DNA of 60,736 bases from Actinomycetota bacterium (GTDB lineage: Bacteria; Actinomycetota; Actinomycetes; JAKEEW01), in the NCBI GenBank assembly GCA_046725875.1, contig JBKOZJ010000052.1:1-60736 (forward strand), written 5' to 3'. The translations under genes and the position numbers were made by a program. Shown here one piece after another: positions 17,850-28,577 of the stretch. Position 1 is the stretch's first letter; each line of letters starts with the position of its first letter. The notes under the pieces are model-generated. The model saw only the letters and a list, made by a program, of their open reading frames with translations. It was not told where the DNA came from and did not search any database.

Positions 17850-19626
17850 CCCCCGCCTCGTCCCGATCGAAGATGGCGGTGAGTACGAGCAGGACAAGGA
17901 CCGCGGTGATCGGCCAGACCAGCAGCACCCCTTTAGCGCTCAGCTCGAGCGGCCCGTCGAACGTCGAACCGTCGGGCGCTCCGCGATGAGAGTCGATTGG
18001 CCCAGGTCCGAGGGTTGCTCCGACCCACCATGCCAGCAGCGAGCCGAGCAACCCACCGACAGCTGACCCGACCGGGAGGGCGTAGGCGGCGCCCACGCGC
18101 CTCCGGAAGACGAAATAGGCGGTGGCGCCGGAGAGCAAACCGGCGGCGACACCCAGCACAGCAAACCACCCGTCGGCCGCAATGAAGTCGGTTTGCTCCA
18201 CCTCGCTGAGGAAGGCCCCGCCGCGCTGGACCACCCAGTGCGGTTTGGGGGCAAGCCGCTCCCAGACGACGCCCAGCAGAGCGCCAACCGCGAGCGACGC
18301 GAGCACCACCATCAGAGCCGCAAGAACATCCTGCTGGGGCCAGGCGAGCCGCGTCTTCGGTGTCGGACCGATGCTGCGCCGGTCCACCGACCCGCCGTGC
18401 AGCGGGGTGGTTCGGTCGATCGGCCCGGCTGGGGCCTGTCGCCACCCGGCATCCGGCCACGTTCGATCCGATCCGTACCGTGCGGGCGGGCCGAGGCCGG
18501 GCGGCCGGTGGCCGGCGGAATCCCCGGGATTCTCCATTGCCACGACGCTACCTCCCGCCGCTACCGCAACCGGCTGCCGCCATGCCTGCGGGCTCGCGAA
18601 CGGGTCGCGCCGTAGCACGACACAGTAGGCAGGCTCACCGATCTCGATCTTGCCCAGCCCAGGGACGCCCGCCAGCCCGGGGACCCCGGCGGCGCGGGCA
18701 GTGGCGGCGAGCACCGCCCCCCTCGGGCCGAGCCCCGTCCGCGCCAGGAGGTCGAGCTCCGATGGCTCCGCGCCCGTTCGGGTCCGGTCGTTCCCCAGGT
18801 CCGTCCCGTAGATGACAGGTACGCCTGCAGTAACGAGTGCGCGGGCGTTCTCCTCGACCGCGGACGCCGGATAGCTGCGCAGCGCATGAATGGTGGAAAC
18901 GACGGGCACTCCGCCGGCGGCGACCCGCTCCACGAGCGCGGCCGGCAACGGGGCGACCGGGATGTGGGTGAGTTCGTCGACGCCGGCATCGAGGGCGCGC
19001 TCCACCATCCGGGTCGTCAACGCATGCGCCGCGACCGCCAGGCCGATGTCATGGGCGGCAGCTACGATCAGCCGGGCGGTGTCGAGCGAGGGCACCGGCT
19101 GTCCGTCCGCCGGCTCCAGGGCGATCTTGACAAGATCGACACCGTGGTCGGCGAGCCTGCCGACGGCTGCTTTCGCCTGTGCCGGACTTTCGACCTCGAC
19201 GGCGAACCCGCCAGCTCCCCAGCTGTTCGTTGGATATCCGCGGGGCGCCGTGACAATTGGCCCGGCAACCGCGACGACCGGCCCGGTCGGTCCGGCTGAC
19301 GGGCGGCCATCGGCTCGCCAGCGAAGCGCCTGGTCGAGCGGCGCGCCGAGATCCCGCACGGCGACCACCCCGCCGGCCAGCATCTCCCGTGGTGAGCCGA
19401 ACGCAAGGTGGACGTGCGCGTCCACGAGACCTGGGCCTATCCAGCAGCCCACACCACCCAGCGCAGGAAGGTCCCCAGGCATCTCAACGGAGCCGACCGG
19501 GCCGGCCGCGACGACCCGAGCGTCACGGTCCAGGATCACCACAGCCGAGGGCTCGACCTCCGCTTCACCGCCCCGCCAGAGATCGCCCCGAAGCGCCCAC
19601 CCTCGCGGGCCGCCCAAGCCGTCCAT
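17803..19626 (-). CDS. Amidohydrolase family protein fused to a DUF2567-like 4-TM domain
   Basis: DAHVH, VKI, AAHA, THI, GTD metal-site motifs; Pro/Gly linker; C-terminal TM domain with F.AADGWF; TAGGCT-N8-ATG. Confidence 0.75.
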   Translation of the reverse strand: MDGLGGPRGWALRGDLWRGGEAEVEPSAVVILDRDARVVAAGPVGSVEMPGDLPALGGVGCWIGPGLVDAHVHLAFGSPREMLAGGVVAVRDLGAPLDQALRWRADGRPSAGPTGPVVAVAGPIVTAPRGYPTNSWGAGGFAVEVESPAQAKAAVGRLADHGVDLVKIALEPADGQPVPSLDTARLIVAAAHDIGLAVAAHALTTRMVERALDAGVDELTHIPVAPLPAALVERVAAGGVPVVSTIHALRSYPASAVEENARALVTAGVPVIYGTDLGNDRTRTGAEPSELDLLARTGLGPRGAVLAATARAAGVPGLAGVPGLGKIEIGEPAYCVVLRRDPFASPQAWRQPVAVAAGGSVVAMENPGDSAGHRPPGLGPPARYGSDRTWPDAGWRQAPAGPIDRTTPLHGGSVDRRSIGPTPKTRLAWPQQDVLAALMVVLASLAVGALLGVVWERLAPKPHWVVQRGGAFLSEVEQTDFIAADGWFAVLGVAAGLLSGATAYFVFRRRVGAAYALPVGSAVGGLLGSLLAWWVGATLGPGPIDSHRGAPDGSTFDGPLELSAKGVLLVWPITAVLVLLVLTAIFDRDEAGVSDAKSGRRLPQSSG

Positions 19627-19724
19627 CGCGGCCGAGCCTACGTGGCTACGAGATGGCAAGTTTGCGACCCAGCCGGTGATAGTCGGCGACAAACTTGACC
19701 CGCGGGTGGGTAAGTACTGCTCCG

Positions 19725-21350
19725 TCAGTCAGCGACGACGCGGAGCGTGGTCGTCGACCCTTCCTTCGTGGAGACGGAGGTCAGACCGATCCCGGCGATA
19801 TGGCGGAGAACATCCTGGTCGCTGGGGTCAATGGACCCGGGACTTTGAGCCAGGATGGCCTCGGCGATCCCATCGAGGTCGACCCAGATCGCCTGCTGCG
19901 CTGACTCAAGGTTCGGCAGGGCCTCCTTGAAGGCCGGATCTCGCACGCCGGGTCCGGACGGTGGAGCGGATAGATCATCCGGAGACAGGCCGACGAGTAC
20001 GTCGGAGCCGGTCCGCTGCCAGGAGAGCTTGAACGGAGCCCCCGAGTCTCTCAGGAGCGCATTGAGCTTCTTGACTGCCCCACCGGCGGCCCGGGCATCG
20101 GTCTCGGAGCGAAGCACGACCCCCTGCGGAACCGCGCTTTCGAATATGTAGCTGTCGACCGTGAGCAGTGCGCGGCGACCGAGCAGCGCAGTGATGTCTT
20201 CCGGGAGTCGCAGCCTCGTCTGCCGCTCCAGCTCGGCAAGCCCGCCCCCGTCCGATCGGTTGAAGCCGAAGCTGTCGAGGGCCGGAGCGGCGAAGAGCTG
20301 TCTCACCGCCTTGTCCATGCCAGAGACGCCGACGGCGATGACCGTGCTCTCGGGGAGGCTCGACATCCAGGACCCGACGGGTTGCGCATCGGCGGAGGGC
20401 ACGGCGAAGCCGGAAGTGCCGGCGCCGCGGACGGTCAGATCTGCATGGTTGCCGTCGAAGGTGACCGCTCCGGCGATCCGTCCCCGGAAGGACTCTTGGA
20501 ACAGCTCGGCCTGGCCCGGCGGCAGACCGGCCAGGCCGCGACCCCGCGAAGACTCGAGCTGGTCGCCGACGGCCGTCAGATCGACCCAGAAGGCGGCGAC
20601 GTTGTGGCCGAGCGGCTCGAGGTCGGCGCGGAACTGCTCGTCCTCCCCGAGGTTGGACTTGGCGGCCGCATCCCGAGCCGCGTTCGCCATCGCCTCATCA
20701 TCGGCGAGCAGCGCGTAGCCCCCGGTGAAGACCATGGCCGGCGGGTCGTCACCGTCGAGCAGCTTCGGTAGACCCTTCCGCGCCCTATCTGGATCCTTGA
20801 CCTGCAAAACGCCAAGCGAGGTGGGCTCGTCCCCGGGCGACGTGCCCGGCAGAACGGCCACCGCCAGCCGGTTGCCCAGCCAGGGAGCGATGTCCTTGTC
20901 GAAATCAAGCTGCTGAAGCTTGGCGTTGTCCTCCTGCAGGAGGTTAAAAATGATCTCCCGGACATCATCTCCTCGCAGCGCCTTGGATCCGCCGGGGAAA
21001 TGCCGGAAGAACCGGAGCGCCGCGACCTTCTGCCCGGCCGCCGGGTCCAGATCAAGCTTCACGAACGCGATCGCGTTTGCCGGCACGTACTTCTCCGGCT
21101 GGGCGCCCCCGCCCGACAAAAGGGAGTACGCATAGACGCCCCCCGCTGCGACCAGCGCTAGGGCGAGCGCCCCGGTCGCCGCCACCAGTCCGCGCCGGCG
21201 TCGCGGCCGCGCGGCCGGCTCACCGCCAAGGACGACGGTGCGCGGCTCAGCTAACCCGTCATGCTCGGATTCCGCCGAGACTACGTCTTCTGGCTGCTCA
21301 GCACTCGGTCGGGCCCAACGGCCACCGCGGCTGCCGGATTGGTCACTCAT
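19725..21350 (-). CDS. DUF3352-like membrane-anchored extracellular protein
   Basis: Single TM, then LSGGGAQPE..VPA.AIAF..LDLDP..GQK and D.DIAPWLG.R motifs. Confidence 0.7.
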   Translation of the reverse strand: MSDQSGSRGGRWARPSAEQPEDVVSAESEHDGLAEPRTVVLGGEPAARPRRRRGLVAATGALALALVAAGGVYAYSLLSGGGAQPEKYVPANAIAFVKLDLDPAAGQKVAALRFFRHFPGGSKALRGDDVREIIFNLLQEDNAKLQQLDFDKDIAPWLGNRLAVAVLPGTSPGDEPTSLGVLQVKDPDRARKGLPKLLDGDDPPAMVFTGGYALLADDEAMANAARDAAAKSNLGEDEQFRADLEPLGHNVAAFWVDLTAVGDQLESSRGRGLAGLPPGQAELFQESFRGRIAGAVTFDGNHADLTVRGAGTSGFAVPSADAQPVGSWMSSLPESTVIAVGVSGMDKAVRQLFAAPALDSFGFNRSDGGGLAELERQTRLRLPEDITALLGRRALLTVDSYIFESAVPQGVVLRSETDARAAGGAVKKLNALLRDSGAPFKLSWQRTGSDVLVGLSPDDLSAPPSGPGVRDPAFKEALPNLESAQQAIWVDLDGIAEAILAQSPGSIDPSDQDVLRHIAGIGLTSVSTKEGSTTTLRVVAD

Positions 21351-21497
21351 CGATATAACACCGCCTCAGCTGCCTTACTCCTCGTGACGCAGAAGACCCA
21401 CTGCGGCGTGGCTCAGTGAACCAAAGTCGCCGACGGCCGAAGCGGATTCGCGTTGCAGTATGGCCACAGATCTAACCTGCAGGCGCGCTTGCAAACG

Positions 21498-24400
21498 TCA
21501 GGCACCGGTGACGAGACACGCCGCGCCGAGCAGGGCCTTCAGGTCACCCATCAGCGCCGGCGAGGGTGTCACGCGGTAACCGTCGGCCAACCGCAGGAGC
21601 TTCGCGCCCCCGCCGGAATCCAGGCGCAGGTGAACCTCGGTCATGCCGGGATGGGTCGCCAGCACCTCCTTGAGCCGCTCCACGACCGGCGGCGTGCATC
21701 GCGTCACCGGCAACCGAACCACCACGGGACCGTAGGTGGCCTCGCCTAAATCGGGCACCGAGATCTCCATCGCGATGACCTTGGGAACGTCCTCCCGCCG
21801 ATCGAGCTTGCCGCGGACGACGACGATCGCGTCCTCGGCAAGCAGCGGGCCATAAAGCTGGTAGGTGGTCGGGAACACCATGACCTCGATCGCGCCGGCC
21901 AGATCTTCGAGCGTGGCCAGCGCCCATGGAGCGCCCTGCTTGGTCACCTTGCGCTGCAAGCCGGAGATGAGCCCGGCGACCGTAACGGTCGTGCCGTCCG
22001 GACGGTCATCCCCGTCGGTAAGTTGGGCGATCGAGCAGTCGGCGGCCTGGGCGAGCACATGCTCGACACCCAGTAGCGGATGGTCTGACACATACAGCCC
22101 GAGCATCTCGCGCTCGAGCGCGAGCAGGGTTTGCTTGTCCCACTCCTGCGTTGGGATCGGGATGTCGAGCGACCCGCCGCCAGCCGCGTCGTCGTCCCCA
22201 AAGGCGCCGAACAGCGAGTCCTGACCGATTGCCTCGTTCCGTTTGACGTCGACGACCGCGTCGATAGCACGTTCGTGCACCGCGAGCAGACCGCGGCGGG
22301 AGTGGCCCAACGAGTCGAAGGCACCCGCCTTGATCAATGACTCGATCGTCTTCTTGTTGCAGACGCCGACTGGCACCTTGTCGAGGAAGTCGTAGAAGTC
22401 GGTGAAACGCCCGCGGGACCGGCGCGCGTCGATGATGGCGCCAACCACATTGCCGCCGACGTTTCTGATCGCGGCGAGGCCGAACCTGATGTCCTTCCCG
22501 CGGGCGGTGAAGTCGCCGGCCGACTCGTTGACGTCGGGCGGCAACACCCTGATGCCCATCCGCCGGGACTCGTTGAGATAGAGCGCGGACTTGTCCTTGT
22601 CGTCGCGCACGCTGGTGAGCAATGCGGCAAGATACTCCGTCGGATAGTTGGCCTTGAGGTAGGCCGTCCAATACGAGACGAGCGCGTAGCCCGCCGAGTG
22701 GGCCTTGTTGAAGGCGTAGTCGGAGAACGGGACGAGAATGTCCCACAGAGTTTTGATCGCGGCGTCCGAGTAGCCGTTGGCGCGCATCCCCGCGGCGAAC
22801 GGCACATACTCCTTGTCGAGGATCTCCTTCTTCTTCTTCCCCATCGCCCGCCGCAGCAGATCCGCCTGGCCAGCCGAATAGCCAGCGAGCTTCTGGGCAG
22901 TGGCGATCACCTGCTCCTGATAGACGATCAGACCGTATGTGTCGCCGAGAATCTCGGCGAGCGGCTCGGCCAGCTCGGGATGGATCGGAGCGACCGGCTT
23001 CCGGCCGTTCTTGCGGTCCGCATAGTCGTTGTGCGCGTTGGCGCCCATCGGCCCGGGTCGGTAGAGGGCGCCGACGGCGGAGATGTCCTCGAAGGAGTCC
23101 GGCTTCATCGAACGGAGCAGGGCTCGCATCGGTCCACCCTCGAGCTGGAACACACCAAGGGTGTCGCCACGAGACAGCAGCTCGTAGGTGGGTTTGTCGT
23201 CCAGCGACAGCTTTTCGAGTACGACGCCGTCGCCGCCATTCGCCGCGATGCCGGCCAGGCAATCGTCGAGAACGGTGAGGTTGCGCAGGCCGAGGAAATC
23301 CATCTTCAGCAGACCGAGCGATTCGCATGCGCCCATGTCGAACTGAGTGATGATCGCGCCGTCCTGCTCCCGGCGCTGGATGGGGATGACGTCCGCTAGC
23401 GGCTCGCGGGAGAGGATCACACCAGCCGCGTGCACGCCCCACTGCCGCTTCAATCCCTCGAGACCGCGAGCGGTGTCGACGACCCCCTTGACGTCGGCGT
23501 CGGACTCGTATAGCTGCCGGAACTCGGTTGCTTCGGCATGGCGGGGATGGCTTGCGTCGAAGATGCCGGCCAGCGGAATGTCCTTGCCCATGACGGCCGG
23601 CGGCATCGCCTTGGTGATGCGATCACCGAGGGCGAAGGGATAGCCAAGGACCCGCGATGCATCCTTGATCGCGGCCTTCGCCTTGATCGTGGAGTATGTG
23701 ATGATCTGCGCGACCCGTTCCTCTCCGTACTTCTCGGTCGCATAGCGGATCATGTCGGCCCGCCGGCGCTCGTCGAAGTCGATGTCGATGTCTGGCATCG
23801 ACACCCGCTCCGGGTTCAGGAAGCGCTCGAACAGGAGCCCATGCTCGAGCGGGTCGAGGTCGGTGATCCCGAGTGCATATGCAATCAGCGCACCGGCCGC
23901 GCTCCCGCGGCCGGGGCCGACCCGGATGCTGTTCTCCTTCGCGTACCGGACAAGGTCGGCGACGACCAGGAAGTAGCCCGGGTAGCCCATCTGCTTGATG
24001 ACATCAAGTTCGTAGGCTGCGCGGGCGGCATGAGCTTCCGGGACGCCGTAGGGGAACCGCTTGGTCAGTCCGTGCTCGACCTCCCGAACCAGCCAGGTCT
24101 CCTCGGTCTCGCCCTCTGGTACCGGGAAGATGGGCATGAGGTTGCGCGGGGCAAAGGCGGCCTCATAGCTGCTGACCCGCTCCGCCACGAGCAGCGTGTT
24201 GTCGCAGGCCTCCGGCAGATCGCTCCAGACGGCGCGCATCTCCTGCGGCGATTTGAGGTAGAAGTCGTCCCCGTCGAACTTGAAGCGATTCGGGTCGGCC
24301 ATCGTCGAACCGGACTGCACGCAAAGCAACACGCCGTGCGCCTGTGCATCGCGTGGATAGGTGTAGTGGAGGTCATTGGTTGCCAGGACCGGCAGGTCGA

Positions 24401-25025
24401 GCTCCTTCCGGAGTCGCATGAGACCGTCGCGATACTGCCGCTCCACCGCGACGCCGTGATCCATTAGCTCGACGTAGTAGTTGTCCCGACCGAAGATCTC
24501 GAGCAGCTCCCCGGCGGCCGTCCGCGCCTCGGAATACTGACCCAGCCGCAATCTCGTCGGGATCTCCCCGCCAGGGCAGCCGGTGGTGGCGATCAGCCCC
24601 GCCGAGTGCAGCGAGAGCAGCTGGCGGTCGATCCGCGGCTTGTACCACTGCCCCTCGAGGCTGGCGAGGCTCGCCAGGCGGTAGAGGTTGTGGAGCCCCT
24701 CCTCGGTCGCCGCCAAGACCGTCATATGGAGGTAGGCGCCGCGGCCCGATACGTCGTTCTCGCCTCCCTCGCCCCAGTTGACGGCTCGCCTGAGGAACCT
24801 GCTCTCCGGCGCGACGTAGAACTCGGCGCCGAGGATCGGCTTGATGCCGGCGGCCTTCGCCTGCTTGTAGAAGTCATAGGCGCCGTAGAGGTTGCCGTGG
24901 TCGGTCATCGCGAGGGCCGGCATGCCCATCCGGGCCGTCTCGAGGAACAGGTCATTCAGCCGGGCAGCCCCGTCGAGCATCGAATACTCGGTGTGCACGT
25001 GGAGATGCACGAACGAGTCGGGCAC
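21498..25025 (-). CDS. dnaE: DNA polymerase III alpha subunit (DnaE1)
   Basis: PHP HLHVHTEYSMLDG, GPGRGSAAG, SMPDIDIDF, KMDFLGL, C-terminal OB fold; no intein. Confidence 0.99.
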   Translation of the reverse strand: MPDSFVHLHVHTEYSMLDGAARLNDLFLETARMGMPALAMTDHGNLYGAYDFYKQAKAAGIKPILGAEFYVAPESRFLRRAVNWGEGGENDVSGRGAYLHMTVLAATEEGLHNLYRLASLASLEGQWYKPRIDRQLLSLHSAGLIATTGCPGGEIPTRLRLGQYSEARTAAGELLEIFGRDNYYVELMDHGVAVERQYRDGLMRLRKELDLPVLATNDLHYTYPRDAQAHGVLLCVQSGSTMADPNRFKFDGDDFYLKSPQEMRAVWSDLPEACDNTLLVAERVSSYEAAFAPRNLMPIFPVPEGETEETWLVREVEHGLTKRFPYGVPEAHAARAAYELDVIKQMGYPGYFLVVADLVRYAKENSIRVGPGRGSAAGALIAYALGITDLDPLEHGLLFERFLNPERVSMPDIDIDFDERRRADMIRYATEKYGEERVAQIITYSTIKAKAAIKDASRVLGYPFALGDRITKAMPPAVMGKDIPLAGIFDASHPRHAEATEFRQLYESDADVKGVVDTARGLEGLKRQWGVHAAGVILSREPLADVIPIQRREQDGAIITQFDMGACESLGLLKMDFLGLRNLTVLDDCLAGIAANGGDGVVLEKLSLDDKPTYELLSRGDTLGVFQLEGGPMRALLRSMKPDSFEDISAVGALYRPGPMGANAHNDYADRKNGRKPVAPIHPELAEPLAEILGDTYGLIVYQEQVIATAQKLAGYSAGQADLLRRAMGKKKKEILDKEYVPFAAGMRANGYSDAAIKTLWDILVPFSDYAFNKAHSAGYALVSYWTAYLKANYPTEYLAALLTSVRDDKDKSALYLNESRRMGIRVLPPDVNESAGDFTARGKDIRFGLAAIRNVGGNVVGAIIDARRSRGRFTDFYDFLDKVPVGVCNKKTIESLIKAGAFDSLGHSRRGLLAVHERAIDAVVDVKRNEAIGQDSLFGAFGDDDAAGGGSLDIPIPTQEWDKQTLLALEREMLGLYVSDHPLLGVEHVLAQAADCSIAQLTDGDDRPDGTTVTVAGLISGLQRKVTKQGAPWALATLEDLAGAIEVMVFPTTYQLYGPLLAEDAIVVVRGKLDRREDVPKVIAMEISVPDLGEATYGPVVVRLPVTRCTPPVVERLKEVLATHPGMTEVHLRLDSGGGAKLLRLADGYRVTPSPALMGDLKALLGAACLVTGA

Positions 25026-25189
25026 GCGACACTCTCCTCACCGTGGGGAATGTCGGAAGCCTAATCCGGAAGGTTGATCCACTCCCGCCCACACGCCGGT
25101 TTGGGACGGCGTTGACTCCGGAAGATTGAGATCACGCCATCCAGCCAAGCACCTGCCGCCGACAGAACGGGCGGCGTCGTAAACCGGCG

Positions 25190-25990
25190 CTAGACGTCCT
25201 CCATGGTGATGGCGTCCTCGCCGACCTCGAGGAATTCCGTGTAGCCGGCGATCACGTCGTCTGGCGGGCCCTGCATGACCATCTTGCCTTTGTGCAACCA
25301 GATCGCCTCGGTGCACAGCTCCTTGATACTGGCGAGTCCGTGGCTGACCAGGAAGATCGTCCGAGCGTCCGCACAGAGTTTCTTCATCCGTTCAAAGGAC
25401 TTGTGTTTGAACCTGGCGTCTCCGGTGGATAGCGCCTCGTCGATGAGCAGAATGTCCGGATCCATGTGGACCGCGACCGCGAACGCCAGCCGCGAATACA
25501 TGCCCGAGGAGTAGGTCCGCATGGGGAGATCGATGAAGTTGTTCTCGAGCTCGGCGAACTCGACGATCTCTTGGTAGCGCTGCTCGATCTGATCCCGGCT
25601 CATACCCGCGGCGAGGCCGCCGAGGATGACGTTCTCCCGCCCGGTCAAATTGGCATTGAACCCGACGCCGAGCGAGAGCAGCGTGCTCACCCGACCGTGA
25701 ACCTCGATCCAACCACTTGTCGGAGGAAGGATGCCGGCGATGGTCCGAACCAGGGTCGACTTGCCGGCGCCGTTCGCGCCCAAAATCCCGAGCACCGAGC
25801 CGTTCGGTACCTGGAACGACACACCCTTGAGCGCCTCGACCTCGATGACGGATCGGCGGCGGCCGAGAAGCGAATTGCGAAGGGTGCGCTTACGCTCGAT
25901 GCTTGTCCGGTACGTCAGGTGGAGATCCTCGACCCGGACGGCGAGCGCCTTGTCAGTCACCGCTTCAACGGTCTTAGAGACGGACAGCAA
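25190..25990 (-). CDS. Wzt/TagH-like polysaccharide ABC exporter ATPase
   Basis: GANGAGKST, YSSGMYSRLAF, ILLIDE, GDARF, VSH; TTG start overlaps the end of the permease. Confidence 0.9.
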   Translation of the reverse strand: MLSVSKTVEAVTDKALAVRVEDLHLTYRTSIERKRTLRNSLLGRRRSVIEVEALKGVSFQVPNGSVLGILGANGAGKSTLVRTIAGILPPTSGWIEVHGRVSTLLSLGVGFNANLTGRENVILGGLAAGMSRDQIEQRYQEIVEFAELENNFIDLPMRTYSSGMYSRLAFAVAVHMDPDILLIDEALSTGDARFKHKSFERMKKLCADARTIFLVSHGLASIKELCTEAIWLHKGKMVMQGPPDDVIAGYTEFLEVGEDAITMEDV

Positions 25991-26837
25991 ACTCACGCTC
26001 CCGAGAGAGGAAGACGTACGCGCCGAGGAGCAGGACCACGACCGCCCATCCCCCACCGATCAGCAGGTAGGCGAGGCGCGGCTGATGATCCTGGACCATT
26101 ACTCGGCTCCACACCGCAAGCGGACCGAAAAGCGGGTTGACGATGGCCATGAGATCGCGATGCTGCGCCGCGATGTCCGACGCGAACCAAAGCACCGGCG
26201 AGACATAGAGCCACACCCTCGTGATGTATGGAAGGAAGCTGCCGACATCCCGGAAATAGAGGTTGAGCGTCGCGACAAGCATCGCGGCCCCGGCGCCGAA
26301 GATCGCGAAGATGACAAAGATGGGTAGACCCCACAGCATCGTGAGCGACAGCCCGGCTCCGCTGGCCAGCCGGACGATCACGAATACCAGCATGGTCGGT
26401 ATGAATCGGTAGATCGCCACCAGAACGGCAGACAGTGGGAGCAGCACTTTGGGGAAGGCCGTATTGAGGATCAGCCGCCCGCCCGACACGATCGATCCGG
26501 CCCCGGAATTCATGCATGACTGGATGAAATAGAAGATGAAGAGCCCCGCCATGATGTGCGGCAGGTAGTCCGGATTGTTGCGCGCGCCATGCCTGACGAT
26601 CGTGATCAGCAGGTAATAGACGCCGGCGAAGAGCAAGGGGTTCAGAAGCAGCCACAGCTGCCCGAGCGCGGTGTTCAGGTGCTGGGCGCGGATCTGTGTC
26701 CTGGCGAGCTCGACCGCAAACTGCCGGCGCCCCCAAAGATCGCGAAAGTAGAGGGCTAGATCTGGCAGGCCCCGACGGTACGGTGTGTGAACCCGTACGC
26801 TCTGCGCGGTTGCCCGCGTCGTCTCAGTCGTACTCAT
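25974..26837 (-). CDS. Wzm/TagG-like ABC-2 permease
   Basis: LGQLWLLLNPLL, FPKVLLPLS, FRDV..FLPY..R.WLY.SPV. Confidence 0.9.
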   Translation of the reverse strand: MSTTETTRATAQSVRVHTPYRRGLPDLALYFRDLWGRRQFAVELARTQIRAQHLNTALGQLWLLLNPLLFAGVYYLLITIVRHGARNNPDYLPHIMAGLFIFYFIQSCMNSGAGSIVSGGRLILNTAFPKVLLPLSAVLVAIYRFIPTMLVFVIVRLASGAGLSLTMLWGLPIFVIFAIFGAGAAMLVATLNLYFRDVGSFLPYITRVWLYVSPVLWFASDIAAQHRDLMAIVNPLFGPLAVWSRVMVQDHQPRLAYLLIGGGWAVVVLLLGAYVFLSREREFAVRL

Positions 26838-27007
26838 TCACCACCACTCGGGACGAATCCGCTTTCAAGAAGACGCACCTGGGCGGCAGGTGCCGCCATG
26901 GGCCACTTATTGCGGCCGTTCCCCCCAACGGTCCGCTCGACGGCTCACCGTACCTTAACAACGCGGCTTACCCAGTATCCGCTGCTCGGCCCCGGGGCCG
27001 CAGCACA

Positions 27008-27940
27008 CTAGAGCGATTCTGCGCGTAGCACGTCGAGCGCGTGGGCCAGGTCGTCCGGGTAGGGGCTGGTGAACTCGGTCCAGGCTCCGGTGGCCGGATG
27101 CTCGAAGCCCAGGCGAACCGCATGCAGCCACTGCCTGGTGAGGCCGAGCCGCCGGGCAAGGGTCGGGTCGGCGCCATATGTGAGGTCGCCCACGCAGGGA
27201 TGCCGCAGCGCCGCCAGGTGAACCCGGATCTGGTGCGTACGCCCGGTCGCCAAGTCGATCTCCAGCAGCGATGCCGCCCGGAACGCCTCGATCGTGTCGT
27301 AGTGCGTTATCGACGGCTTGCCATCCGCAACGACGGCCCACTTGTAGTCGTGCGTTGGATGCCGTTCGATCGGCGCGTCGATCGTCCCCCGCAGCGGGTC
27401 GGGATGGCCTTGGACCAGGGCGTGGTAGCGCTTGATCACCCGGCGCTCCCGAAAGGCGCGCTTGAGGGCCGAGTACGCCGCCTCCGACTTGGCCACGACC
27501 ATGAGGCCGGAAGTGCCTACATCCAGCCGGTGTACCACGCCCTGCCGCTCGGCGGCGCCAGACGTGGAGATCCGAAACCCAGTCGCCGCCAGTCCTCCGA
27601 CGACCGTAGGCCCGGTCCAACCGGGGCTGGGATGGGCGGCGACACCAACTGGTTTGTCCACCACCACCACGTTCGCGTCGTCGTACACGACCTTCATCCC
27701 GGGTGCCGGCTCCGGCACGGCCTGGACGGGCGACTCGGGGGGCGGCAACTCCACGTCGAGCCACGCACCGGCCCGCAGCCGATCCGATTTCGTCGCGGCC
27801 GCGCCATCGAGCCTTACCCCGCCGGCCGCGACGAGATCTGCCGCCTTTGTCCTGGAGAGCCCGAACAGCCGCGCGAGCGCCGCATCAAGGCGCTCGCCAT
27901 CGAGGCCTTCTGGCACAGACAAGGAGCGTCGGTCGGACAC
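27008..27940 (-). CDS. RluA family pseudouridine synthase (RluD-like, S4 domain)
   Basis: [32 protein letters not shown]. Confidence 0.96.
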   Translation of the reverse strand: MSDRRSLSVPEGLDGERLDAALARLFGLSRTKAADLVAAGGVRLDGAAATKSDRLRAGAWLDVELPPPESPVQAVPEPAPGMKVVYDDANVVVVDKPVGVAAHPSPGWTGPTVVGGLAATGFRISTSGAAERQGVVHRLDVGTSGLMVVAKSEAAYSALKRAFRERRVIKRYHALVQGHPDPLRGTIDAPIERHPTHDYKWAVVADGKPSITHYDTIEAFRAASLLEIDLATGRTHQIRVHLAALRHPCVGDLTYGADPTLARRLGLTRQWLHAVRLGFEHPATGAWTEFTSPYPDDLAHALDVLRAESL

Positions 27941-27944
27941 GCTC

Positions 27945-28577
27945 TCAATCTTGGCGTACCCGCTGGCTGACCGGCTCGGGGTCAGAACCAGCGGGGCCGG
28001 TATCGGTCACTGCGTGCCGACCCTCGAGCGGCACACCCCGAACAGCGAGGACGAATATCAATATGCCGGCTCCCACGATCGCCGAGTCGGCAAGGTTGAA
28101 GACCGGCCAGTTTGGCAACTCGAGGAAGTCGACCACGTGACCACGGAAGACGCCCGGCGACCGGAAGATCCGGTCGCTCAGGTTGCCGAGCGCGCCCCCG
28201 AGGAGTCCGCCCAGGGCGATTGCCCAGGGCAGCGAGTAAAGCCGCCGCGCGGTCCGGAGGATCGCCACGACCACCGCGACCGCCACGACCGTGAAGACCA
28301 CGGTCATGCCGACGCCGATGCCGAAGGCCGCGCCTGCATTCCTGGTGAGGCGCAGGGTGAGAGCGCCGCCGAACAGCTCGATCGGTTCCCGATCGCGCAG
28401 AGTAGCAACCGCAACGATCTTGCTATTGACGTCGAGTAGGAGCACCGTCGCGGCGACGATCCAGAGGGCGCGCAGGTGGGGGCGAGCCGCCGTCGAGCGG
28501 TTCAAACCGCCGGACGAAGGACTGGCATGATCATCCGCACCGCGGCCGCTCAGCGGCGCTCCTGACGTTGTTTGCAT
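27945..28577 (-). CDS. lspA: Lipoprotein signal peptidase II
   Basis: [25 protein letters not shown]. Confidence 0.96.
   Translation of the reverse strand: MQTTSGAPLSGRGADDHASPSSGGLNRSTAARPHLRALWIVAATVLLLDVNSKIVAVATLRDREPIELFGGALTLRLTRNAGAAFGIGVGMTVVFTVVAVAVVVAILRTARRLYSLPWAIALGGLLGGALGNLSDRIFRSPGVFRGHVVDFLELPNWPVFNLADSAIVGAGILIFVLAVRGVPLEGRHAVTDTGPAGSDPEPVSQRVRQD

Noticed and set aside
21498..25025. Intein or dnaE2 identity
   Set aside because: Length and motifs fit an uninterrupted replicative DnaE1 with an intact-looking PHP domain
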